From Lama guanicoe (lineage: Eukaryota), in the NCBI GenBank assembly GCA_013239625.1, contig MU056050.1:7021838-7085837 (forward strand): DNA of 64,000 bases, read 5' to 3'. Each line of letters begins with the position of its first letter. Within the stretch, counting starts at the first letter, position 1. The notes beneath the pieces were generated by a model. It searched no databases. It was not told the origin of the DNA and saw only the letters and a list, made by a program, of their open reading frames with translations. The position numbers were made by a program, and so were the translations under genes. Positions 24,173 to 37,474 of this stretch are shown here, one piece after another.

Positions 24173-26827
24173 CTGGAATTAAAGAGACAATGAATATTAA
24201 AAACAATCGCCTCAGTCATTTCTTCTGTGGTTGTATTGTAATAGGCAATTTTCATATGGTTTCTAGTTTCAATTTAGTAAAATTATTTATCTTCTAATAT
24301 AGGAGTATAATTGCTTTTTCTTATATATTAGTGATATATTTAAAAGAAATAAATGAAAATCACAAGCAATATTTGCTCACTTCTATTATATTTTTTCATT
24401 CAAGAATATCACTCCAGTCCAAAGAAGAGACCCTAACTAAGGTTCTTTCTTTTGCTTCAAATTTTACTTTTTACTTGCCAAGAAATGCAAAAAGTGAAAA
24501 TACTTTAATTACATTGTTTTCATCATTTACCTTGAAAGTTTTGTAACAGATTTAGATATGATAAGATGTTTTTCAAAACTTCTTAGTAGGGAACTAATAG
24601 AGCAGTCAAATACAGATATTTTCATGAAAAAAGACAAGTTATTGGCTGAACTGGATTTTTAAAAAATGAATAATAGCCACTATTTTGAAGGCCTTTGAGT
24701 ATTCACTCCTCACCCCTCCGCACCCTAATCCTTTGAACGTATTTTCAAAAGGAAGCTTTAAAGGGTAAATCTTCATTTCTCCTCACCTCCCTAGTCAAGT
24801 GTCATTTTCCACTTTCCCATGTTAAAGACAGATTAAGGAAGAGACAGTTATAATTAAACAAATGACTTTTCCCATTTCTGTAGCCTTAGATGGTGCCACA
24901 GAACTTCTAAATTAATTTGAATTATAAATATTAGATTTCTTTGTCACACTGCAAACCAGATTTTCAGATAAATGCTGCCTTAAAGGAATATCTTTTAGGC
25001 AAAAGAAAATTAAAGAACTCTGCAAGAAATGGAAAATAATCAATTTTGATTATCTGTGCTGGTGGCAGGAAAGTAGTTCAAAAAATCAAAACTCATTCTA
25101 TGTGGCTTTGGAATGTGACACTGCATGAGCCTTTAACAGGCATGTGTCTAGTGTGCTGGAAAGTTTTGGTGCTTCAACATAGCAAATGAGCCCTGGTTGT
25201 GGAATTCTGACTGAGGAATAGCCTGGGAATTGTCTAGATTCACTGGTCTATTCTTTGTGCAACACCCATCGGCATGCTGGGGGTGGATGGCACTGCTATC
25301 CAGATGGCTGTAAAGCATTAAAACAGATAGCTAAAATAAGCCGAGCTATCTATATCTATTTTCCTTAAGACAGCTCTTGCTCCCCTTAAGATTAGCAGGG
25401 GTAGTTGTTTTGGATTAGCTATTTTCTTCCAACTTCCTCTGGGCTATAAAAGAGATAGTTAAAGTACTGATGAAGGATGTAAAACAAGGAAGCTGGTAAC
25501 CAAGAAAAACTGATAGATAATTTCTGCAGATGGTTAAGAAGTAATGACTTGGGGGTAAGGTTCTATAGTTTAGACAGATTTTTGTTTAACAAGTAATTAG
25601 TTATACACAAATAAAGACTACTAACTAAATGCTAATGTAATTTTGAGAACCCAGAGAGAAAAGGACATTTTAGAGCTAGAAAGGACCTTCATCTAGTCCA
25701 AGAAACCAAGGACCAAGGAGATTCCATCAGTGTCTATCACAATCTTAGTATTTGAGACAAACAGTGTATTCACCAGCTGTGAGACTTAGTTCAGTGAGCT
25801 CGATAAAAATGCTAAGGAAAACATGCTCCTAGGCTGATGCTCCAGGAAGGCTGGCTCTACAGAACTTTGCTCCGTTTGTAAGCCACAGGTATGTGAGTAT
25901 GTGAGTGCACACCATCAGTGCAAGAGGCTCATTTATACCTAGGGGCTTTGGTATTAAATTATAAAGTGGGGCTGGATCAGTGTAACTCCATCTCCTGGCA
26001 AAATCATCTCTAAGATAAATAAACTAAGATCAGTATATTAAAGTAGAAATAACTACTTTTTCAAAAGTTGCATTGTACCAAGGACAGCGTCTTGGCATTT
26101 CAAGTCCCTGTTACTTAAATACATTTGGAACCAAAATATGGAACTGCAGAGGAACTAGTTCATAAAAATAGCAGCTTGAAGACAACTGGGTCTAGGACAA
26201 GGGTAGAACAGGAAAGAAACTGAGTACATCCTGTGGATGTAAGAATATGGAGAACTGGGATAGTGTTATGTAACAAAAGCGAAATAGGAAGAAACAAATG
26301 CTAAAGAGCTCACCATCTAATGTTTGTTGATGAATGTTGCTAAGTAAAAACCAATACTACTGTGGAGCCTCAAGTTCGAAGATTTCAATCTCTAATAGAG
26401 GCCAGTTTAGGTGATATTCTAACTGGCCCTTTTGGACCCATATAGTATTATGGTAATGTGTATCCATAAAAAAGAACTATGGTGATTGTAAAAATTGCAT
26501 TTCTTCTAAGTTGCCAAATGAAGACTACAATTCCATTCAGTCCTGTTTGTTGGTAAGGGTGTTTCTTTGCATTCTCATTCTTCAGGAAATGGCAGTTCAG
26601 TCTGACTGGCTAATGGAAAACTAGCCTGCCACCTTTACACTGAGCTACACTGCTGATGGGGTTAGTCCCAGGAAAACAGGATTGGAGTTCTACTGGACTG
26701 GGCAAGAGAAGACTGACCATATTTTACAAATACTTTCATGTAGACCTACCTGAAGAAGGAAATCTTAGAAGGACAGCCAGGTCTCACTAACTCCTCATTT
26801 CTTTTCACCACCGCCTTTTGCACTTAC

Positions 26828-29800
26828 CTCTAAAGGCTTTACATTCAGTCGTCCTGTCCCATCCAAAGAGACACGTCTTTCTTTCTTTCTCTCATCAGGT
26901 GTAGCAGTTGAGTAACTCCTCCCACTTATTGACATTTTTCTCAGTGTTTCAATGCTGTGTCCAGTTCTAGCCAAACACTCCATTTGCAGGTTCTCCAGAG
27001 GTTGTGTTTTTATAGAAATGACCCCTAAGTGTTCTGCAACAATGTCTGGATCAATGTTGATTGGCTGTTTTCCATGGTGAGGAATTATGCTAACTGAAAG
27101 CTCCTGTCCCTTTAAATCTTGATCGACTCCTTTTTGCTCTTGCTCAGGTTCCGTTTTGATAGCATGCTCATGTGCCTTTTCAACAATTCGACCAACGTCC
27201 AGATTGCCAAAGAGATTAGCATGTGATTCTTTGGGGCTAATTGTTTCTAATGGACAACTGGAAAGTTTCCTGATAATTAAAGAAGCCACTTTAGGAAAGA
27301 TGTGGTTTACACCTTTCATGTCATAATAAAGTTCTTCATGTGTTCCAGATTGCTGTAGTACACGATTATAAATGGAATTGACCATCTGAGAAATAATTTC
27401 TATACTTTCTGGATTTAAAAAGTTTTCTTCAGGATTAGCAGCTATAATACTAACGTTTCTTCTGGAAACTTCAGCTATTACAAATTTTGTCAATTGAGAT
27501 GCAATTTTAATTAACTCAGGCTTTGATAAGCTTTTAGCATCTTTGCTTGAGGCACTTGGCAACTTTATTAGTTTAGCCAAGAACATGGCCAGTGCTTCCT
27601 CTAAAATCCTGGCATCTAATACAGCCTCTTTTTTGGATGAAGGCTTTTTCTTTGACTGAAGGTCATCAATAATCTTAACCACCTTTTGCATAATTTTGAC
27701 AGCTTCCAGAACTAACTCTGAACTTGACGTTTCTTCCTCTACTTGAGGATGAAATTCTGATTTGGAAATTTCCTTCACCATTAAAAATCCTATTATATCA
27801 GACAGGACATTGCTCTTACCCATTAAATCTTTATACACTGAAATATGGGAGCCAGAGTGCTTTAAAATAGTGTCATAAACAGAAGTAACTACTTTTTCAA
27901 TAGTTGCACTGTCTGCTAAAGATACAGTGGGTGATTCTTTGACCTGTGGTACTACTGTAATCTGACTTTTAGAGATATATTCTTGGAATGAACTTAAGAT
28001 TTTTGAGGTTATTTTTTGCATTTCAGCATTTAGAGAATTATCTTGTCTCTTATCTGCCTTTGGAAACATAGATAGAAGCTTCGACAAAAATTTTACAGCA
28101 ATTTCTTCTATTATGTTAAAGGGCAGTTTGTAAGCCCGTGATGGCTGAGGCTGGGGAACTTCAGTGGTTTGGATAACATCTTTAAGGATATTTTCAACAA
28201 CACTGTCAACTTCTGTACACTGAGGTGGCATCAGTTCTCCAGAAAAATAGTTTTGTAACTGATTTCCAGTCACTTCCTGTACAACTAAATTCACTATGGT
28301 TTCTGAAAGGATTTTGCAACCACTGCTGATACACTTTTGTATGCTCTCTTGAGATCCAAATTGTGGCAAGAGATTATTATAAATAGCCTGAACCACTAAC
28401 TGAATAACTTCATCATCATTAGGACATAGGGATTCTACATGCTGTATAATCATATCTTCATCTTTGGAAATTTCTGTTATAACTGTACTTGCTAACTTCA
28501 TTTGAAGGAAATTCAATTCTGTGTACAAATCATCCTCAGATATTTCTGCTTTAGCACTGGCTACTGTTGAGAAAATTTTTGATAGAAGAGAAGAAATTAT
28601 ACTTTCTAAAAATTCATGAGGCAGCATTATGGTGTATGGCAATGATGTTTGACACTCTTTGCAGGCTGTTTGGGCCACCTTATGGACCTTTTTCATAACC
28701 TCCTTAGAATCTAGAGGCAAACACACTGAATCTGGAACCTCATCATAAAGTAGCAAGTTTAGCTGATGCTGAAAAATTTCTTCTATTACTGCATTAGCTA
28801 GCCTTCTTGCTAATTTTTCAACATTACTATTTATGTCCTCACAAATGGAGTCTTGAGATCTATATTCCTGCAAAATATTGCATATAGAGGAGTGAACAAC
28901 CTTATTGACCAATATTTTATTGATTGATTGTTTTTTAGCCATAAAAGGTGCCTGATCTGAAGAAGGTATTTTAGTTGCAGGTGTCATTTTCTGCATGAGT
29001 GGTATACTATCCATAATTATTTTTTTCTTGGGAGGTGTTTTATCCACAAATGGTTCTTTTTGCCTGAGAGGTGCTTTATGAACTGATGAAATAGTTGCAG
29101 GTGTCATTTTCTGCATGAGTGGTATACTATCCATAATTATTTTTTTCTTGGGAGGTGTTTTATCCACAAATGGTTCTTTTTGCCTGAGAGGTGCTTTATG
29201 AACTGATGAAACTTTATCCTCAGATGGGAGGAACTTACTTCCTTGATCTGGGTTTAATACTTTAATTTGAGCATCTGAAAACTCCTTTAACAGGGAATCA
29301 ATCAGTTTCAGAGCCGTGTCATAGAGCTCAGCTTGATTTACATCATTGGTTGCATTTTGGCATACATCATCTGTATCCGGTAAGGAAGAAAAAATCAATT
29401 TGTTAACTATTTCAGAGATAACATCTTCTAAAAAGTTAGTAGGGAAAATCCTGGGTTTATTTTCTGGTGGGTTCTGAGGGTTGTCCCATTTACTAGGTTT
29501 ACTTTTAATCTCCTTATCTTCACTTTTCTCATTCTCCTCCTTTTTTGCAGGAGCATTTTGCTTAGCTGAACTCATTGAAGCACGCTGTGCAAAATCCTTG
29601 CCATCCCCTTGAGTTACATGTGCTGCTTTATCGCCTAGAGGGTTTGGGGATTTTGAATCATCCATTGGTCCTTGGAAAGAAGATATTTCTAAAACATTTC
29701 TGTTAATTTCAGTGATATTTTGGACATGTTTAGGATGCAGGATTCGTTTGTCATCTGTAACTGTGTAAGATGGAGAATCTCTCCTTTTCTTTTGGCTCTC

Positions 29801-32800
29801 TCTATCTCTCAACTTGGATTTCAGGGATGGTAATTCAAAAAGTCTATCCCCCTTCCCTAATGAACTTTCTTTTTTCTTCTCACTCTTCTTTTTATCAACT
29901 ATTTGAAAATCTGTTTCCAGGACAAGCTTCTTAGTTTTTGTATCATCAGTAGCTACTGAAAGACGTTGGCATACCTCACCACCTTGCCCTTTCTCATTTT
30001 TTCTAGCCAAACAGTCTTTCTTCTTGGTTTTACTCTTTGTAAGTGCTGTACCCAAATCTAGCCCTCGAGTATCTTTACTTTTCACACTGGTTGTTGGAAA
30101 AGTAACTTTTGATAACTTCTCATTATCTTTTCCAACTGAACTTTCCTTTTTCTTTTCATCTCCTTTCTTTTTCTTTGCCAAACCTCCAACTGACTCTGAT
30201 GCTAGGGTAGTTACTTTACTCTGCATAATGCTACTTATATTGGTGCATATTGGCTCATGGGTGCTGCCTGTTTTCACTGATGCCTCCTTCTTTTTGAAGT
30301 TCTCTTTTCCATTAAGTGTTTTTCTATCTATCTCCAAAGTGTCCATTTTGTCTTTTAGGCCTGAGGTGAGAGGAATAAGTGTAGATAATTGTTCTAGTGA
30401 AGAAACTTGGTTCTCCTTCAAGCTTCTGTTTATCTTTGTAAAGGTTTTATATGGTAGGTGTTGAATTTTTTGGATGATGCTATCCACATTTAGAAATGAA
30501 AAGAAGGTGGAAGACCAGTCTCCCCAAAAAAGTGGCTGAATCTTGAAAGCAGAGATTGCCTTCTTGGCTAAATCAGCAATCATTTCTATAGCAATGTTAC
30601 TTCTGTGATCTTTCTGAACATTTTTAGATCCATGTATTTCTCTGATCTCATCATACACAGAATCAGATACTTTATCAACTGTCTCTTTATCTATTGGTGG
30701 AAGCAAAAACATTTTTTCAGCATTTGCTAGAACTTTAATTTCACTTTTTCTAAATTCTCCTATCAGGGCATTTGCAAATTTTATAGCCAGGCCCATGAGG
30801 TCTCTTTCTGATGTTGCTTTGTCCTTAGGATCTTCAGCAATACTTGGTAGGGTATAAAATTTGCGAACAAGGTCAATTATGACATCTTCCAAAAATGTAG
30901 CAGAGTACACAGAAGCCTGAGGGAAGGGCTGCAGTTTTTCTTTATTAGGATTCAAGAGTTCAATGATATGGTCATTTTCGAGTAAATCACTGGGAGATGA
31001 TTCTTCATCACATAAAAATGGCTGCAGATGGTGGTCCACAATTCCCTTCATAATGGAACCAGCTATTCTCCTAAGGAATGGGCCTCCCTTTTTGCATGTG
31101 TCTTTCTGTGCATCATCTTCAAACTTAATTTTTTTCATAATATTGTTACACATGGAATCAACAAAGTTATCAATTGCCCCTAATTGCAAACTTTCCACAT
31201 GCTCCTCTGCCTTGGCAAGTCTAACCTCATGTTCAGTAATTTCTGTTATAATATCTTCAGTTAGTTTTGAAGCTGCATTCACAAACTCATAATCTGGTGG
31301 CACCTCTTTATTTAGTTCTGTTTCAGTCTCAGATGAAGGGAATATATGTGCTAGGAGCTTGTAAATCATATCTTCTAAAAGGGAATGAGGCAATACAGTG
31401 ATGCATGATGGCAAAAAGTCATGGCTATCATCATTGATGGTGTTGAGTATATTTCTGATGATGTTCTCCTCTCGGAGGGAGGAATAGGAAGAAGTTGCTA
31501 ATTCTCCTGAAACTAATGACTCCACTTGATAATCATAAATTTCTCCTAACAGCAAATAATATATTTTTTTCCCAAAACTGACAGCATCACTTTGTATAGC
31601 TCTATAAATATGAGTCAGAGATTGATAATCATCCAATATTTTTTCACAAATAACATGGACAGTTTTTTTAACCATTTCCTTATATCCTTCTGAAAAATAC
31701 AGATTTTCATCCAAGTGATCTGCAACTAAAATTTGTGATGTGGTGAACTCCAGCACAATTGATTTTACTAATCTTATAACAATGTCAGTAACATTGGCTT
31801 TTGCTTTAAGTGGGTTTTCAGCGGCCATGGTATTATGTGAGAATACATAAAGGATTTTGCATAAAAGCTCAGAAATTACTTCCTCCCAAAAGACAGCTGA
31901 ATTCACAATGAAAGATAATTCTCTTTGTTTAGGCTCTACTGCTTTCTGTTGATATGTTTGATCCACTGTACCTGATGGATGTGTTTTATCTCCAGATAAA
32001 AATGACTTAAGATGATGGTTAAATATTTCTTTTATGATATAACTCGCTATTTTTGTAACAGGTATATTACTTATGCCTTTTTTTTCTTTTGAAAGAGACT
32101 GGTATAAGTTTGAATGAGAAATGTCAGTATAAATGGCATCAACCATAGCCTGGATATCTTTTTCTGATATCACATTTTGTTTTTTATTTCCATGTTTAAT
32201 AATGCATATTGCATGTTTAGAAATTACTGACATGATTTCATTGATTAGTCTCACAACTGTGTCGCTAAAGTCTGCCTGCAAAAGGTCTGGGTCTTCTGCA
32301 CTGCAGTTCAATGCACTTATCTGAGATAAAATCTGAGTGACTATTTTTTCCAAATGTGTATGTGATAATGTGGTGGTATATATTGCATAAGTCTGTCTTT
32401 GGAGTCTTGATTTACTGATCGCGTAATGAACTCTCTTTATCAAAACATCAGCATTGAGTTTTGAATATGATTTAAAAGACAGGTTTGCTATAAAATCTGG
32501 AGGAATTTGGAAACCAAAAACTTCAGTCAGGATAATTTTAGTTACCCTCTCAGCCAGTGTCTTTGTGTCACTGAGAAAGTCCTTATTAGGTTCCAGTTCA
32601 TATTCTTGTAAAATTTTCCTGTATGCCGTGTCAATAATTTTGATCACTATGTCTCTATCTACTGGTGGAAGACACAGTTGTTCCTTAGCATCTTCTAAGA
32701 TGTTAACTGGACCTTTTGAGAATTCTTCTGTTATCAAATATATGAGTGTTTCAGCTGTCTCTAACAGTTCTTTTTCTGATTCTCTTAATGATTTTGTTTC

Positions 32801-35800
32801 CACAATGCCTAACATCTTGTGAAATATTTTGCTTAAAACCCCAGAGATCACATCTTCCAAAAAGGCTGAGGAGTAAACACTGGCAAAAAAATGTTGCTTT
32901 CTCGTATCATCAAAGTATGTATATGATGAAGGAAATGACAATTTTCCATACACAAATGGATGAAGATGCTGTTGACAGATATTTTTAATGATAAAACCTG
33001 CTATCCTGTCAATAAGAACATTGTCCTGGCTTGTAATATCATGCTCAACTGCTTCTTGAGAACCAGAGTTTTGCAAGATATTTCTTAATATGGAATCAAC
33101 GAGATGCTGAGCATCATCCTCTGAATAAATAGATTTGGTTTCATCTTCATCTTTTGAAAGTCGAATTTCATGTTGGGAAATTTTCCTCCTAATAACACTG
33201 ATTAGCATTGAAGAGATTTCACTGTGATTAATTTCTGATCTATTTTTTGGAGTTTCACTGTGTGGAATCACGTTAGATGCAGAAGGAAAGATTCTAGATA
33301 ATAGTACTCTGATTATGTCTTCTAAAAACGTGTATGGCAGCAAGGTGTAATAAGGAGATAAATGATGGCTTGGCTGGGTAGGTTCACTGATACTACTAAA
33401 GATGTTCTGAAAAATGTTCTCTGCTGTTAAAGTAGCATAGGAAGAAGCCAACAAATCCCCAGAAAACAGTGGGTGAAAAAGATAATCAGAAATAGCTGCT
33501 ACAATTAAATTGGTAATATTTTCTGCAAAAATATCACTGTCTTTGAGTTCTTTATCATCAACCTCAGGGGCTAGCCCTTGCTGTTTCAGAATATTCTCAT
33601 GAACTAAATTGACAAGTTCATCCACAGTGTCTACATCTACAGTGGGGAACGGCTGCTCTTGGTCATCATGAAGAATGCAGATTTTAGCTTTTTTAAAATG
33701 GTTGTTTATTGAGTTTACTATTTTTGGGGTCATTTTATCCAAATCATACTCAGTGTTATATTTTGGATTGAAGACCTTTGATAATAGTCTGGCAACAATT
33801 TCTTCTACAAATGCATTAGTGTAAAAGTCCATTTCTAGTGATGATGGCTTCTGAGGTCTGTGCGGCTCTGTGACTTCACTGAGAACCTCTTTAACCATAT
33901 TCGGTATTTCATCCAATGAGGTCGTTGAATGTGGTAAGCCCTCTCCACACAAAAAGGGTTGAAGATGATTTTCAATAATCTCTTGAATAATGAGACTGGC
34001 TATTCGCTCAACCATAATCGGGCTTTGGCTTTCTATACTTTTCTGTATTGACACAAGAGAGCCAGACATCTGCAAAACATTATTATAAACAGAGTCCACC
34101 ATATTATGAAGGTTTTTTTCTGTATATAGATATTGACAATCATACTTAGTGAGCCAAATCTTGTGCTTTGAAATGGCTAGCAAAATCTTATTTACTGTAC
34201 AGGTGGAGATCTCATTAAAATCCAGAGTCATTAAGTATTTATTTCCCAAGCATGAAGCCTCGCTGGGTGGAGGAATGAGCTGAGATAACAGTCTTCTGAT
34301 GACATCTTCTAAAAACGAGTGTGACAGCATGGTAGTATAGCCTGTTGAATGTTGAGCTTGGTAATTAAGTTCATTCAGGTTGTTTTGAAGTTTCTGCAGT
34401 ATATTTTCAGCTTTGAGAGGGTAATATGAGTTAGGCATGAGTTTTCCTACAAAGCACAATGGGAGTTGGTAGTCTACACTCTCTTTCAAAATGTCATTAG
34501 TTATCTGTTCTGCTATTGAAGTGGCAGCATGGGCCAGATAATTGCCACAGGTAACTTGCAATGTATAGTCCCAAAAAACATCATTAAAAACAGAGTCAAC
34601 AATCTTACTAACTGTTTCTTTATAGACTGGTGGGAAATATATCCTTTCATCAACACCCTGTAAAACAGTGACTTGAGCATTATTAAACTCATTCACCACA
34701 GAGGTGACATCTAATATATTCATCTCCTTGAGCTGGGCTTCAGTGATGTTTACATTTTTGCCCTGCAATGAGGTGGAGAGGTTAAGAAAAAGGTCTGCAA
34801 TTATTTCTTCCAGAAATGTGGCAGAGTAAACTCCCGAGTTCATGCCTCCTGGATATTGCATGTTAAGAATGGCTCTTTCATTCACTTCCCTTTTACCTGG
34901 TCTTCGAAGAGGAGGTAGAGAAGGGAATTTCCCTGAAAACTGCTTACCAAATGGGGTTTGAATTTTGGAATGAATCGACCTAAGATTATTCAATGGTCTT
35001 GTTGGAGGCTTGTTGTCATAACTCATGAATCTTACAGAGCCTTTACCCTGTCTTGATTCTTTTATTTGTGGCATTTTTACTTTTGGAGAACTAGGAGATC
35101 TCACTCTTGTCCTATATGTCAAATGCTTATTTGTAACAGATGGACTTCTGGGAGGTTGCTGTATACCACATGACAATTTTTCCATTAAGGATTTTACCAA
35201 TCTATGGGAAATAATACTAAGCATGGATTCTTGATCTATTTCTGCCAGATTTTCCAAGAGGTCTGACATGACATATCCTTCAAATGGTGAGCCATAGTCC
35301 ATTGTTCCCCTGCAATATTCCTCTACATTTTGAAGTATGTTGAACAACTGACGTTCTGTTGCTATTTCATCAGAAAGAGGATCATTTGTAAGGAAGTTGT
35401 TGGTTGTGCACTCTTCCAAGAGTATTCTAGTAAGTTTCTCACACACAACATTCAGAAGAAAAACTGACTTTGGGGAGAGCCCTAGGTTATTTCTAGGAAT
35501 TCTATGACTTTCCTGGTTATTTGAAGATAGGAACATTTTTCTTGCTATTTTACCAGAATCCATATCCCAATGTGGACATTCATCTGGCAAAAACAAATTG
35601 AAAACGATATTGAAAATTCTGTCGACTGTTTCTTTGGATTCCTGAGTTTTTAGGCTGCCAACCAGAGTGTCCAACTTGCATGCTAGGGAATTTAGTTTAT
35701 TTTTCTGTGCTAGTTGATTAATTTGGTGAGTAGGAGCTGACTTCCAACTTCTGGCACCTATCTGTCTTTTCATAGTTTTGGTTTTGTTGCAGATGGGCAA

Positions 35801-36336
35801 ATTATGGCTTTTAACCATGGAAGGTGATTTTTTTCTTCGTTTGCTGTCAAGGTGATGATTTATTCCTATTTCTTTAGACAGAACATGGATCACTCCTATC
35901 AAGAGATCCTGAAAGAGATCATTGAAGTCAGCCACAGCTTCTTTTGGGCAGTAAATATATTTTGTTTTCACAGAAACCACTTGTTGTGTAGTGTCTGCCT
36001 TTAATATGTCACTATTAAAAAGGATTTGAATAATGGTTTCAGAAATGCTTAAAGCAAGCCCTCTGATAGAAACTGACCGGCTCTCAAACACTTGGGAATG
36101 AACTAAAATAACTTTGCTAAAAGTTGCATCTTGGTTTTCCAGGGATTTCTGTTTTGTTCCACCATCTTCAGTGCAATTGGAAATGCTTGAAATCATGTAG
36201 GAGATAACCAATTTAGTGAGATGTTCACAAAATTGATTAAGTGAAGAATCACTATTTATGCTTCTTAGAGGCTGTTTTGATTTATGTTTTTTGCTTAACA
36301 GTGTGGAGACAATAGGTACTTTTTCATCAAGAGGAC
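26828..36336 (-). CDS. FSIP2L: FSIP2-like giant exon 2 (9,509 nt, phase 1 to 0), FSIP2 repeat region
   Basis: Acceptor ttttctgttttaAG|GT CCT CTT GAT GAA at 36337/36336, in frame with the stop-free 3138-aa ORF (41 codons upstream of its listed start). Donor AAG CCT TTA GAG|GTAAGT at 26828/26827. Confidence 0.93.
28972..29211. repeat. Exact 2 x 120-bp tandem duplication within the coding exon
   Basis: 28972-29091 is identical to 29092-29211; SSVHKAPLRQKEPFVDKTPPKKKIIMDSIPLMQKMTPAT appears twice in the protein. Confidence 0.97.
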
Positions 36337-37474
36337 CTTAAAACAGAAAACATTGCTATTTTAACATGCATTAAGGGAAAATGTTGACATTCAGAATACT
36401 GGCAATATTTTATATATGAATTTCACTTTGAATGTACCTCACTCAAGAAATAGAAAAACCTAGTCAAGAAAGGGACTAGGTTTTCTTCAAACTTCTATTT
36501 CCCACCTGTGGAATCTTTACTTCTGCTGGGAAGTTAGGAAAATAGCCCATGAGTATTCAAATCTCTAATTTCTGGTTTCTTCCTTGGATAGCTATGGTGC
36601 TTTAATAAGTTGGAAATCCTGGGGCAGAGAAATGATTTTCAGCTTTAGAGCTGCAACGAGCTAGGGTGATTCCAGTGATATCTAGAGATCTCATATAATT
36701 CTTGAAAAAATTTTTGGCTGTTCAGCTAATTATCCCATTTGGGACTATACAATACACAATACACTGAACAGAATAAACTGCTGATGTTTGACAGTTTTTT
36801 TGGACGTATAAAAAGGCTATTTCATATGGTTCAACCCAATATATGCATGTAAGCTTTCATAGAAAGGGAGTGTAGATACTATAGTTGTAAGCATGGGTTT
36901 AGAGTGCTTACTGTCTACTCTATATTTAAAAAGAATTTAGGTCAGAACACTGGAACACGAACAGAACAAGAAGTTTAATGCCACTGTTATTATGAACTCT
37001 ATAACCAATAACTGCAAAGACTTTAACTGTATACCTCAAGAAGAAGTTGGATTATTACAATCAATTAACTATGTATGAGGTCTGACTATAATGTAAGAAG
37101 CCTTTTTAAAAAGAACTTAAAAAAAAAACCCTCTTGGAACTTCTGTTTGGGAATTGCCTTTAGAGGAGCTGTATGTCCCAAGCAAGACATCATTCATAGT
37201 CATACCTCATGTCCAACCAAAATATCCCACTTTAAATTATGCCCATTTAACCTCATCTGTAGATAAGAAAAATTGAAAAACACTCCTCCATATAAAAATT
37301 ATGTAAACGTGTCACTTTTTTTTTTTAGCATACTGACCAGTTGAAAATCACACCATGAACAGCCACCCCAAATCTAAGGCTATATTCAGAGAAGCAGAAA
37401 TGTAGTTTTTTAAAATTATCATTTACTTTTTCCCCTAAAATTATGCTAACTCTTTTAAAGTCATCATCACTCAC

